Assembly: GCA_028534125.1 (NCBI GenBank)
Contig: CM052817.1
Coordinates: 59,212,001 to 59,276,000, forward strand
Direction: 5' to 3'
Source of the DNA: Lama glama
Taxonomy: Eukaryota
Length of the DNA: 64,000 nucleotides
Under the pieces are notes generated by a model. That model did no database searches. It saw only the letters and a list, made by a program, of their open reading frames with translations, and had not been told where the DNA came from. The position numbers and the translations under genes are program-made. Positions 1 through 13,104 of the stretch are shown here, in pieces (position 1 is the first letter of the stretch; each line of letters begins with the position of its first letter).

Positions 1-1560
1 ACCTGGGGTCTGACACCAGGAGGATGAGTCCACTTAGCTGGCTTGAAAACCAGTGGGACTGACAGTGAGGTTACAAGAAACCTAGATTCCCCTCATGAAG
101 AGCACACACACACTTGCTTACTTCTAAAACAAGGCATAGGAAGCAGACTGAAACTATGGGGTGGGAGAGGGGGCTTCTGGCTAGTTTCCCACAATGACCC
201 ACCAGTCTCCCCAAACAGCTGAGTGCCTGCTCTGGCCTATCTTGCTCCACAACTCAGCTCCACATAGACACATGCAAAGCATTTGACAAAATTTAACTTC
301 CACTCATGATGAAAGCTCTAATCAAAGCAAGTACAGAGGGAACATATTTCAGTAAATAAAGACCATTTATGACAAACCCACAGCCACATCATACTCAACA
401 GTGAAAACCTGAAAGCCTTTCCTCTGAATTCAGGAAGAAGACAGGGATGCTCACTCTTACCATTTCTGTTTCTCACAGTATCGGGTGTCCTGGCCACAGC
501 AATCACACAAGAAATCAAAGGCATCAAAATTAGAAGAGAATTTGCAGATGACATGATACTTTATATAGAAAACCCTAAAGTCTCTACCCCAAAACCATTA
601 GAACTATAAGGGAATTAAGCAAAGCTGTGGGATACAAGATTAATATACAGTAATCAGTTGCTTTTCTATACACTAATGAAGAACTACCAGGAGGAGGAAA
701 AATTTTAAATCCCACTTAAGTCATATCAAAAAGAATAAAATACCTAAGGATAAGCTTAAAAAAGGAAGTGAAAGAGCTATGCTCTGAAAACTATAACTTG
801 CTGATGAAGGAAATTGAAGATGACAGGAAGAAATGGAAAAATAGCCCATGTTTTTGGATAGGAAGAGTTAATATTGTTAAAATATCTACACTACCCAAAG
901 AAACCTGAAGATTTAATTTAATTCCTTTAAAAATTGCTGGCATTTTTCTCAGAACTAAAGCAAATAATCCTAAAATTCATGAACAACCAGGTATGTCTCT
1001 GATTTGCCAAAGCAATCTTGAGGAAAAATAAAGCTGGAAGAAACACGTTTACAGTTTTCAGGCTATATTATAAAGCTACAGTGATCTAAACAGCATGATG
1101 CTGGCACAAAAACAGATACACAGATCAATGCAACCAAACAAAGAGCCCCAAAATAAACCCACACACTTACGGTCACTTAATCTATGATAAAAGAGGCAAG
1201 AATATACAATGGAAAAAAGACAATCTCTACTACAAGCAGTGCTGGGAAAATTGGACAGCTACATGTAAAACAATGAAATTAGAACATTACCTCACACCAT
1301 ATACAAAAATAAACTCCAAATGGATTAAACACCTAAATGTAAGACCTGAAGCCATAAAACTCCTATAAGATAATAACTGTAAAATACTCTGACACAAATC
1401 AGAGCAATAGTTTTTGGTTATGTGTCTCAAGGCAAAAGAAATAAAAGCAAAAATAAACAAATATGACCTAAATAAACTTAAAAGCTTTTGCACAGCAAAG
1501 GAAATATTTGACAAAACAAAAAATCAACCTACAGAATGGGAGAAAATATTTGCAAATGAT
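1..1560 (+). mobile_element. LINE-1, internally deleted (5'UTR fragment fused to ORF2 RT/C-terminal region), 3' truncated
   Basis: 1-~265 resembles the L1 5'UTR at ~25270-25520 (e.g. AGAAACCTAGATTCCCCTCATGAAGAGCA vs AGAAACCTAGACTCTCCTCATGAAGAGCA). From ~270 it reads as ORF2: AAAGCATTTGACAAAAT (KAFDK), TTTGCAGATGACATG (FADDM) at 541, ending at GGAGAAAATATTTGCAAATGAT ~1560. Confidence 0.85.
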
Positions 1561-4203
1561 AACTACAATAATCTGTTTAGTTATGTAATATAAAGCATTA
1601 TGTAAATTTTAACATTAATAACCTAAAATGTTAAAGGGAGGGGAGGTAGAAGTGTAAAGCTTAAGAATTCTATTGAAGTTAACTTGTTATTGATTTCAAA
1701 TATGGTGTTAAAAGTTTAAGATATTTTATGTAGCTTCATGGTAACCAAAATGAAAAGATTATAGTAATTATACAAAAGAACATAGTAAAGAAATCAAAGC
1801 ATACTGATATCACAAGACATCAAAGCACACACACACAAAAAATCATGATAAGTAACAAGAAATAATGGGTCTAAAAACAACTAGGAAACAGTTGACAAAA
1901 CAGAAATAGTAATTGTATTGAATGTAAATTGATTAAATTATCCAATGAAAAGACATTAAATGGCTGAATGGATTAAAAAAAGATCCAAGGATATGTTGCC
2001 CATGAGAGACTAACTTAAAAACATACCTAGATTCAGGATGTTTAATAATAATAATAACAACAACAACAAAAGTCCAACTGGATTGGGAGTGAAGTGATGA
2101 AAAAAGATATTTCAAGCAAATGGTAACCAAAAACAAAACCAAAAACCCCCCACAGGCAGTTATATCAAAAAATAGACTTTAAATTAAAAATGCTAAAAGG
2201 AAAAAAAGGTCTTTATGTAAGGATAAAGGGGTCATTACATCATAAAGATATAGCAGTTGTAAATATTTGTGTGCCCAACGTAAGAGCCCCTAAATACGTA
2301 AAACAAAACCAACCATACTAAAAGGAGAAATAAAGAACCAAACAATAATAGTTGGGGACTTTAATGTCCTGCTCTCAACAAAGTATAAATCTTTCAGGCA
2401 GAGAATCAATAAATAAACAGTGGATTGAAAAACACTAGACCAAATGGACCTAACAAACATATATAAAATGTTCTATCTGACAAGAGCAGAATAGGCATTT
2501 TTCTCAAGAACAAATGGAACATTTTCTAGGATAGACTATATGTTAAGCCACAAAACAAGTCTTAGCAAATTTGAGAAGTTTGAAATCATCCAAGTATCTT
2601 CTCTGGCAACAATAGTATGAAATTAGAATTACCTACCTCTATGCTTTAAGAAATTGGAAAAAGTAAAACAAATTGAGCCCAAGATAGCACAAAAGGAAGA
2701 AAGTTGTAAAGATGAGAGCAAAAATAAATGAAATAGAGAACAGAAAAATGATAGAAAAGAAAAAAAAGTTGGATCTTTGAAAAGATAAATGAAATTGACA
2801 AGTCTTTAGCTAGATTAACCAAGGGAAAAAGAAAGAGCTCTCAAATCAACACAATTATAAATGAAAAAAGACATTACAACTGATACCATAGAAATACAAA
2901 GAGTCATAAGAGGCTACTGTAAACAACTATATGCCATCAAACTGGACAACCTGGAAGAAATGAAAAAAATTCTTAGAAACATACAAACTACCAAGACTGA
3001 GTTAGGAAGAAATAGAAAGCATGAACAGACCAATTACTATAAGGAGATTGAATCAGTCACCAAAAATCTCTCGATGAAAAAAAGTCCAGGATCAGATGGC
3101 TTCACTCATGAATTTTACCAAACATTTAAAGAAGAGTTAACACAATGCTTCTCAAACTCTTCCAAAAAACCAAAGGGGAGAGAACATTCCCAAACTCATT
3201 TTATGAGACCAGCATCACCCTGGTACTAAAGCCAGAAAAAGACACTATCAGAAAGGAAAACTACAAACCTATCTCCCAATATATAAATATAGGTGTAAAA
3301 ATTCTCAAAGTACTAGCAAACTGAATTCAGCAGCACATAAAAAGGCTCATCTACCATGATCAAGCAGGATTTTTACCTGGAATGCAAGAATGGTTCGACA
3401 AACACAGAGTATTCAATATGATATATCACATTTATAGAATGAAAGGAAAAATCATATCATCCCATTAGATGCAGAAAAAGCATTTGACAAAATTCAACAT
3501 CCATTAATGATTTTTAAAAACCCCTCTTAACTAGTCAGGTATAGAAGGAATGTATGTCAACAAAATAAAGCCTATATATGATAAATACACAGCTAATACC
3601 ATACTCAATGGTGTAAGTTTGAAAGATTTGTCTCTAAAATCAGGAACAAGCCAAGGATGCCCATTCTCACCACTCTTAATCAACATAAGATCCAAGGATA
3701 TGTTGCCCATGAGAGACTAACTTAAAAACATACCTAGATTCAGGATGTCGTTGCCAAAGCACTCAGGCAAGCAAAATGAGAGGCATCAGAACTGAAAAGG
3801 AAGAAGTAAAACTGTGTCTATCTGCAGATGACATGATCTTTATATATAAAAATTCTAAAGTTTCCAGCAAAATCTCTTATATCTAACCATTGAATTCAGA
3901 AAAAGTTGCAAGAGAGAAAATTAATGCAAAAAATTAGTTGCATTTCTATACACTAACAAATTTTCTGAAAAAGAAATAAAACTATTCCATTTACGGTAGC
4001 ATCAAAAACAATGAAATTCTTAGGAATAATCTTAACCTTGGAAGTGAAAGATCTCTACTCTGAAAACTACACTGATGAAAGAAACTGAAGACAAAAATAA
4101 ATGGAAAGGTTTCCTATATTCAGTGGAAAGAATTAATACTGTTAAATCATCCATTCTAATAAAAGCCATCTGTAGGTTCAATACAATTCCTATCAAGATT
4201 CTA
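1561..4203 (+). mobile_element. LINE-1 (older, L1MA-like), inter-ORF spacer plus 5' part of ORF2; interrupted by TPM3 retrocopy
   Basis: Inter-ORF-like sequence resembles ~27180 onward, then decayed endonuclease and RT. ORF 2861..3229 gives [15 protein letters not shown]...[21 protein letters not shown]. Internal deletion near 2630. Confidence 0.9.
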
Positions 4204-6298
4204 GAGAAGCAGCTGCAGCACCGAGCAAAGGAGGCAGGAACCCAAGTGCTAGCAGGAGCTGGGTGGGCATCATGGCAGGGATCACCACCATCGAGGTGGT
4301 GAAGCACAAGATTTAGGCTCTACAGCCACAGGCAAATGATGCAAAGGAGAGGGCTGAGTGCCTCCAGCAGGAAGTTGAGGGAGAAAGGTGGCCCAGAACA
4401 GACAGAGGCTGAGGTGGCTTCCTTGAACCATAGGATCCAGCTAGTTGAAGAGGGGTTGGACCGCGCACAAGAGCACCTGGCCTGTCCTGCAAAAGCTGGA
4501 GGAAGCCGAGAAATCTGCTAATGAGAGCAAGAGAGGTATGTAGGTTATTGAAAATTGAGCCTCAAAAGATAAAGAAAATATGAAACTCCAGAAAATTCAA
4601 CTCAAAGAAGCTAAGCACATTGCAGAAGAGGCAGATAGGAAATATGAAGAGGTGGCTCGTAAGTTGGTGATCACTGAGGGAGACTTGAACACACAGAGGA
4701 ATGGACTGAGCTGGTAGAGCCCTGTTGCTGAGAGATGGATGAACAAACCAGACTGAAGGACCAGAACCTGAAGTGTCTTGAGTGCTGCTGAAGAAAAGTA
4801 CTCTCAAAAAGAAGACAAATACGAGGAAGAGAGAAAGATTCTTACTGATGAACTCAATTAGGCAGAGACCTGTGCTGAATTTGCTGAGAGGTCAGTAGCC
4901 AAGCTGAAAAGACAACTGATGATTGAAGATAAACTGAAATACACCAAAGAGGAGCACCTCTGTACACACAGGATGCTGGACCAGACTCTGCTTGACCTGA
5001 ATGAAATATTATAGAGCACCCCGGTCCCACCCTGCCGCTGCTCCTCCCTCTGACCCCGACTCCACCTGAGGCCAGCCTGGCTGAAGTTCACCTTTAACCG
5101 AGGGCTGATCTTTAACTGGAAGGCTGCTTTTGCCTTTCACTGCCTCTCCCACCACTGCCCCTGTGTCCTTTTCACCAAACTGTCTCTGCCTCTCCCCAGA
5201 GATTCCAGCTGGGCACCTTTGGGAACAACATTTAAAGGAATGTGAGCACAACACAGAATGTCTTTAAAAGCATGTTGTGATGCACACATTTTGTAATTAC
5301 CTTTTTGTTATTGTTGATGTAGCTACCATTTGTAAACCATCCCAGATAATTCCAATTCTGAAGCAGCGGTCTAATCTCTTTTTCATTTTGGAAGGTAATT
5401 TCTCAGCTTAATGAGTACTACCCTCCCCAGAGAGAAGGGGAAAAGGTATGGGCTTGCCTTACTGAAAGCCAAACAGCCCAGGGAAAGACTCCATTATGGG
5501 AAACTTCATTGCTCTGTAAAAAGTACCCGCCAGACCCGAAAGGTGATTCCAGGAGGAGCTAGCCAAAAATAAATTAATAATTTAAAAGTGCTGTTCAGAT
5601 TTACAGCTTTAAGGTATCTTTGGGCAACATTAGTTTAATTTTTTCAGCAAAAATGACCAAACAAATTAAGATGGTGAGATCTCTGAGGCCAAATCCTTGT
5701 CCCATCTCTACCCTGCTCCCAGCCACTGACAGAATGAGCTATGTGTCCCTTAAGTTAAGGTGACCACTTATTTGCTCTCTTGTCTCCTTGAAAGAAAGAA
5801 AAGAAAATTATGATTTGCCATTTGATTTAGCCACATGAAACTCATCTCATCACCCTTTTCTGGGTCTGAAGCTGATGTCTCTAAAAGTGCCATCTCATTA
5901 TCCTTTGCATGAGTTAGTGCTGGAGAAATCTTGGATAGCTTATTTACAAAACTGCTTTTTAAACTTTATATTATTTTGAAAGTTTGCTTCTTTGAGGTTG
6001 AGGTACACTGGTCACCCTTTCTGGCTGTAAGAGCCCTCTATAGTCCATGGGCTGGCAGTGTACTGATCTTTTAGTTTCTTTCCCTACCCAATCCCCCCTT
6101 TTTGGTGAGGTTTCAGTGAGGTCTGTTATGTGTGCATCCTCCAGGTTAATTGGCTTAAAGTGAACTTTACTTTGCTGTGGTCTCTTTGGAGGCTGTTTGG
6201 GAGAAAGAAATATCAACAGCATAACTGTTTTGATACTGAAAATGTACATGTCTTTTGGAAATAAAGAACTAGCCCCTCCAAAAAAGAAAGAAAGAGAG
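4204..6298 (+). pseudogene. TPM3: Processed pseudogene of tropomyosin 3, cytoskeletal isoform Tpm3.1 (exons 1b/6a/9d)
   Basis: ATG at 4272 reads MAGITTIEVVKHKI* (parent MAGITTIEAVKRKIQ). Internal EAEVASLNHRIQLVEEGLDRAQE; C-terminus TKEEHLCTHRMLDQTLLDLNE with stop ~5012-5014. Intronless, with premature TAG at 4314 and frameshifts near 4395 and 4481. About 1.26-kb 3'UTR, AATAAA at 6260-6265, decayed A/AG tail ~6280-6298. Candidate TSD AGATTCTA (4196-4203) / AGAGTCTA (6299-6306). Confidence 0.96.
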
Positions 6299-7990
6299 AG
6301 AGTCTAATGGCATTTTTTTTTACCAAAGTAGAATTAATACTCCTAAAATTTATATGGAACTACAAAAGATCTCAAATAGCCAAAGTAATTCTGAGAAAGA
6401 AAAACAATTCTGGAGGCATCACACTTCCTGTTTTCAAACTGTACTATAAAACTATAGTGGTCAAAACATGATAGTACTGGCATAAAAAGAGACAAATAGA
6501 TAAATGGAATAGAACTGAGAGTCTATAAATAAGGTCAAATATATACAGTCAACAAATACTTGACAAGGGAGCCAAGAATAGTCAATGGAGAAAAGATAGT
6601 CTCTTTAATTGTGCTAGGAAAATTGGTTATTCACATGTAAAAGAAAAAAATTAGACCTCTGTATTATAACACTCACAAAAATTATCTTTAAATGTATTAA
6701 AGACTTAAACTTTAGACCTGAAACCATGAAACTCCTGGAAGAAAACGTAGCAAAATACTTCTTGACATGGGTCTTGGCAATGATTTTTTGGATACGACAC
6801 ATAGCACAAGCAATAAAATCAAAACAAACAACTGAGACTACATCCAAAGAGCAAAAGAAATGAAGAAAATGAAAAGACAACCTATGAAATAAGAAAAATA
6901 TTTGCAAATCATGATAAGGGGTTAATATCCATAATACATAAAGAACTCAATCAACTCAATAGCAAAAAACACAAAGAATTCAAGTAAAAAATGGAGAAAG
7001 ACCTGAACAGATATTCTGCCAAAGAAGATATCCACAAGGCCAATAGGTACATGAAAAGATGCTAAATATCCCTAGTCATTAGGGAAATGCAAATCAAAAC
7101 CACAATGAGATATCACTTCACATCTATTAGAATGGCCAACATCAGAAAGGTAAAGATAACAGATGCTCATGAGAATATAGAGATAAAAGAATCTTTGTAC
7201 ACTGTTGGTGGGACTGCAAACTGGTGCAGCCATTTTAGAAAATGAAAAATTCTCAAGAATTAACCATAGAACTACAATATAATCCAGCAATTTCACCTCA
7301 GGGAATATATCCAAAGGAAATGAAACACTAACTCCAAAAGATATCTGCACCTCCATGTTTATAGCAGTATTATTTATACTAGCTGAGACATGGAAACAAA
7401 GTGTCCACTGATGAATGAATAGAAAAAGAAGCTGCGGTATGTATTAGATATAACTGAATATTATTCAACCATAAAAACCAAGGAAATTATACCACTTGTG
7501 ACAACATGGTTGGATGTTGAGGGCATTCTGCTAAGTGAAATAAGAAAGAGGGAGAAAGAAAAGTACTATACAATCTCACTTATGAGGGGAACCCAAAAGG
7601 ACAAAAACAAAAACAAACTCAGAAAGAGAGATCAGATTTGTTTTGACCAGAAACAGGGTTTGGGGGTGGGGGAATTGAAGAAAAGTGGTCAAAAGATACA
7701 AACTTCCTATTATAAGATAAATAAATACTAGGGATATAATGCATGGCATGAGGACTATAGTTAACACAGCTGTATGATATAAAAGTTATTAAGAGAATAA
7801 ATCCTAAGAGTTATCATCACAAGGAAAAAGAATTTTTTTGCTTTTCATTGTGTTGTTTGTATGAGATGATGGATGCTAACTAAACATATTGCAGTAATCA
7901 TTTCACAATATATGTAAGTCAAACCATCATATTCTACACCTTAAACTTATACAGGGAAGTATGTCAATCATATCTTAAAACTGGGGAAAA
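6299..7990 (+). mobile_element. LINE-1 ORF2 C-terminus and 3'UTR (continuation of the 1561-4203 element)
   Basis: L1 text resumes exactly where it stopped (CAATTCCTATCAAGATTCTA | ATGGCATTTTTTT). Typical 3' region (AGGGAAATGCAAATCAAAACCACAATGAGATATCACTTCAC), ending TATGTCAATCATATCTTAAAACTGGGGAAAA. Confidence 0.92.
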
Positions 7991-8370
7991 TCAAAAACAT
8001 TGTTACAGAAATGAATAATGCCTTAGATGGGTTCATCAGAAGACTGGACATAGTTGAATAGACTCAGTGAGCTTGACAATAAGTCAACAGAAACTTTCCA
8101 AACTGAAAGGCAAAGAGGAAGAATAGAGTTAATAAAAACAGAACAAGACCCAAGAACTATAGGAAATTTTTTTAAAAATGTATTATATGTGTAATTGGGA
8201 TACCAGAAAAAGAAAAAAAAAAGAATGGAGCAGAAGAAATATTTGAAGTTTTAGTAGCTGAGAATTTTCCAAAATTAATAACAGACACTATACTTCAGAT
8301 TCAGGAAGTTCAGAGAACATTAAGTAGAAAAATATTTAAAAATCTATACCTAGGTATAGCTTATTCTTAA
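7991..8370 (+). mobile_element. Old L1M ORF1 fragment
   Basis: ACAGAAATGAATAATGCCTTAGATGGGTTCATCAGAAGACTGGACATAG...GAGAATTTTCCAAAATTAATAACAGACAC...CAGGAAGTTCAGAGAAC, typical of decayed L1 ORF1. Confidence 0.7.
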
Positions 8371-10689
8371 TAGATTTAAAAGATAAATTTGTTTAAAAGC
8401 AGTCATGGTTAACATTGTGTTGGGTGACATGTGACATGGCATTTATTGGTGAAATATATTGCTTCATCAACCTGGATAGAGAAGCTGTTATTTTTCAATA
8501 TATTATCCAAATTTTCTTTAGCATTATGTAAAATGTCAATAATATGTTGACCTATCATATTGAGAGAACACTAATTCCTCATACTTATGTCATCCCAGCA
8601 TTTTACTCACTATAATTTTATATGCTAACATTATTATTTTTTCACCATTTGGCATTTCCTTTCCTGAATAAGTTCTGCCAGTAAATAACTTATGTTCTAT
8701 ATCTTTTCACTAAATACGATTGTTTTTTAAAAGTGTTTTACTGTGCTTGTTTTGATATTCTAATAGCACTTTAAGAAATAAGCACTTTTACTTGTCAAAT
8801 TCCTGTGACTTGTAGTTAAGCGTTGTTTCAATTTTTCAGGAGACATTGTGATATTTTCAAGTTATTTCCCATATACAGCAGAGTGAAATAGGACTACCTG
8901 TATGGACATTTCAGCCCATATAGTACCCATCTGTAAGTAGCTCTCAGTGTAAACACAGCATCTTTGGTATGTATGTTCCTTGTAGCACTAGTGTGGTGAC
9001 ATGAATCAGAATATAATTTTCATCATTAATATTTTAGATAAAAACTATCAAGATATCATTCACATACCCTATGTCTCACCCTTTAAAAGTGTCTAACTCA
9101 GAGAATTAACATATTTACACAGTCATGTAGTCATGCATCATTAAATTGATCAGACCCATCCCTAGGACAAGACCCAGAATCTGCTTTCTTCCATACACGC
9201 TTGCACAAATTCAACAACTAGGCATATTTTCAAAACACAAATAATAATAAAATATAAAATAAAATACCAAAATAAATAAATTAGCATATGTGTAATAAAA
9301 GATAAGCAAGTATCACAAAAATATAAAACCTTCACAGAATGATTCACTTCTGACCTACACAATCCAAATATTGTAACATTTACAATAATAAAGTAGAAGA
9401 GGGCAGATGACTGACAGCACATAAAACTTCCATCTTTAGAATGAAAATTTCCCTCTGATTCTTTACTTACATTGAGAGAACCTGTCTGTATATAAGGAGA
9501 CTGGGGAGGTAATTTATGAGAGAGAAGCAGTTGCCACCAGCCTACACACTCCCCTCTGTACAATGCAGTGTTCCCTCTACATTATGTCCATAATTACATC
9601 AAAATCTGAGAATAAACTGAACCAAAGTATCATGATTCTACTGCCCACTGCCCTAGAGGAGTGAAAAACCTCTAAAGAAATTGCTAATGGGGATTCTTGC
9701 TCACTGTCATCATTACAAGGGCTAGCTTCACACAATATATGATGCTTTAAAAAAAGAACTGTATATTTTATCAGATTGTTGTTTCCTGAAGAATCCTTAC
9801 TGACATCTCACAGAGCTCCAAAGAACCCCAGCTGAGGGGCAAGCACTGGAGAGGTGGCAGTAGGTTGGTGTTCTTTGCTGGGATCTCTTTACATATGTAA
9901 AGGGTGTTCTTTGCTGTCCTCTTTTCCTGATTGATTTCCTAGGCTCACTCTCCTCTTCCTCTGTCACTGTCAACTCACTGGACAATTTGCTCTTCTGTTC
10001 TCCAGTTGTATTAAAAAACCTAAATTGATTGCTTAAACAGTTGAGATGAGGAACAGATGCTGGATTTGGTATCACCCTTAGGAGTTCTTGATTAGTTACA
10101 TTGATAGAATTTTAAATGCTTAACGATATTCACTGGAAATGGGAGACCTGTTAGGCAATTGTGATGACCGTCTGTAATCAATTTTCATATTAGGATGTGT
10201 TTATGTTCAATCTGGACATTATCGTGATTAATTTGAGAGGCTCTAAGTATTAGAAATTGACTTATTCTCTTAACAGATTTTTACGGAGGGTCTACTTTGT
10301 GGCAGGCAGTATTTTAAACCCTGGGATATGTACTATGAATGGAAGCCTACTTTTAAACTCCCTTCTCCCAAAAAACTTTCATTCCAGAAATGCAGGAAAA
10401 TCCACATAGTATTTTCTTTCATTGAGAAATACCCTCTCTTAGGCCCCAAATCACGACCTTCGTGTTCTCCTTTCTTCCGTGTAGCAGGCCACTGGGACTT
10501 ACCCTGTTTCCCTCCTCATTAGTTGCCACAGCCTCTCTATCCCCTTCTATTCAAACGAGCTGCAAAAAGGAACACATTATGTCTCCAACACTCCTTTTCT
10601 TGTATTCTGAATTTTAATATTCAATACTCTCTTAAATTTTGGGATTTTGATGATATTCCATATGGAGAAAGAGGCACTAAAGCCTGGTT

Positions 10690-11090
10690 TGTTAGTAAGG
10701 CAATACTGTTTTAACAGATAAAACTTCAAAATCCCAGTGGTTTATCTCTTGCTTAGGTAAAAAAGAAATCAGGTACCCCTAAGAGTGGGTGTTTTTCTTC
10801 CGAGGGCTGACTCCTGTAGTGGCTCTATCATCTACAATATTTAGGCTTCCAGTGCCACTGTGCTTCTCTGCACCCATCTGGCAGAAGGATAGAGTACGGA
10901 GCATCCCACGTGGGAGGATTCCATGGGTAAGGTCTATAAGTGATGCATGTATTCAACTGCTCATATTCCATCATCTAGAATTTCGTCTATGCCTGCACCT
11001 ACTTCCAAGAAAGTCTGGGAAATATAGTTTAGATATATGCCCAGGGAAAAAGAGGAAAATACATTACCCAATGAGGTAGTCAGTCTCTTC
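10690..11090 (-). mobile_element. Ancient MaLR LTR (MLT1J/K/L-like)
   Basis: AAAATCCCAGTGGTTTAT...GCACCTACTTCCAAGAAAGTCTGGGAAATATAGTTTAG; similar to the copy at ~57190-57620. Confidence 0.55.
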
Positions 11091-11169
11091 CATAAACAAT
11101 GAGGATTCTAGGATTCTGGAATGTTTCTAGACTACTTACATGATCATGGCTTATACATATCTATAGCTG

Positions 11170-11265
11170 TGAATTTACCTAAATAAAATCTCCATAAGGT
11201 CAGGATTTTGTTTGTCTTCTTACACAGCCCAGCACATACAGGCGTTCAGTGAATGAATGAAATGT
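11170..11265 (+). mobile_element. L2 3' end fragment
   Basis: CTCCATAAGGTCAGGATTTTGT...CCCAGCACATACAGGCGTTCAGTGAATGAATGAA. Confidence 0.6.
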
Positions 11266-13104
11266 GTATAAAAGAATAAATTAAAAAATCATCTCTGACT
11301 CAAGTGAACAGCCAATCTTTCTAATATTTGACACTCAAACTCAATTCAATAGGACTCAATTACACTATTGTTGTCTATTATTTCATTTATTCTAAGGAGA
11401 TAATAAAATAATTGGGGAAAAATGAAGTGAAATGATAAATCTTAATTATGTATCTACTCACTGGAAGATATTGCACCTTGTTGTTCCCTAAACGTCTCTA
11501 CCTCAGTGACAGAGCAAGAGGAATTCCAACACAATTACACAATTATTACACAGCAACTGAACATGTGCTATGTGCCAAGACAATTAAAATATAATCCTCA
11601 TCAGCTAGAAGTTCCTGTGCTTATTTGTGGCAATGATTTATGCCAAGGTTAGCCCAGCATAGCTGTGACTCTTATAAAAATGAGTGAATGTAGATCTACC
11701 TATCCTTTGCTATTTGCTGCTACCCCAAAACTGGAGACCCATCTTGGATCCTAATTTTTAATCAGTACATTTTGAAATGTAATTCACAACTGCATATTCT
11801 CAACACTGTCAAATCTTTAGGTGACCATGGACTTAGTCCTTAGCAAACCATCATACTAGAAGGCAGATACATATCTCTCAAGGATTACAACACAATGTGG
11901 AGAGTGTCTTATGAAGATATGTACAAAATGCAATGGTTAAGTAGGAAAGAGAATTAATAAACTATTTTTGAAGTTGAGGAAGCCTTTCCAGAGGGATTTC
12001 TCTTTGAGCTGAAACTTGGCATGTGAGCCAAAAGCAGGAGGCAAATGGGATATCAAGAGTGCATGCAAAGCTTTACAGGATGAAAGGAAGCAGTATATGT
12101 AGCCAGGGCATGGAGTGAGAGCTTCTAGGGGATAAAAATAGAAAGATGGTTGGGGAGTGTTATCTTATTTATGTATTTTATTCAACATCAGGGATAAAGG
12201 AGCATGGTTTGGAAGAGCCAAGCAAATTATAGCTGTTTTGACACTGAGGATGTTTTCACATGTCAAAATTTAAAAGCTATTAACTTTTGTAACCAAATAA
12301 TATGTGCAATAGACATCACTGGCTCTTCCTCTCATTCTGACTTCTATCCCCAGGGTATGTTGGCCATGCAGTGAGCCTTAGGCATGGGATGAGGGAGGAG
12401 GTGGAGTTTAAGAGTAAGGATGACGCAAGTATGAAGCTCAGGGATGGCATAGGATGTCTTCTCTGCACATTACTTGTTTAAGAAGAAAGAAATATGGGAA
12501 AACAAAACAGCTTGAAGTCTAATGGTATAGGTTATTTGGGGAGCCATGTCAAGTGTTCCTAAGGGAAAATGTCAAATGCCCTATGTTGAAACAGCCTTCA
12601 TTAACCATTATTTGCCTCCTAGGAAAAATGGAAAATTGATTTTTAAAGAAAAGGTTTTCTTAACCAAAGTACAGAAATATAATGGCTTGCCTATAATAGA
12701 GAGACACTTTAAAGATAAACTAATACCAATATGCTGAAACCACTGTGATGATTTAATATGTATTTAACCATAAATCAATATCTGAAATACAAAATAATTT
12801 TGTAATAGTGAAGACTACCTTGGGAAATAGTGGGTCCCAAGAATGAAATTATTCAAATGTAAGCTTAGAATATGTTATAGAAAAGAATTCTGGCAGCATA
12901 TGAGTCAATCATTTGTGGCTTTTTCTAAATGCTAAATTCAATAAGCATTATAAGCATTGCCTTAACTCAAATTGGTAACAAGCCTTTCACATGGAAATAA
13001 GACACAAGATTCCATATTGAGTAAAGCCTATCCTTTGTAGAGCATAGATTTTGTGATAATGCCAAGATACACATTAAAGAAATTCTACTACCCAAAGTCC
13101 CTAT

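Noticed and set aside
4336..4521. Tropomyosin-like ORF as a functional retrogene
   Set aside because: Out-of-frame start, upstream stop at codon 15 and frameshifts; only a fragment of the pseudogene.
8839..8931. Exon-like segment (TTTTTCAG...GTAAGT) on the + strand
   Set aside because: Stop codons in all three frames and no other support.
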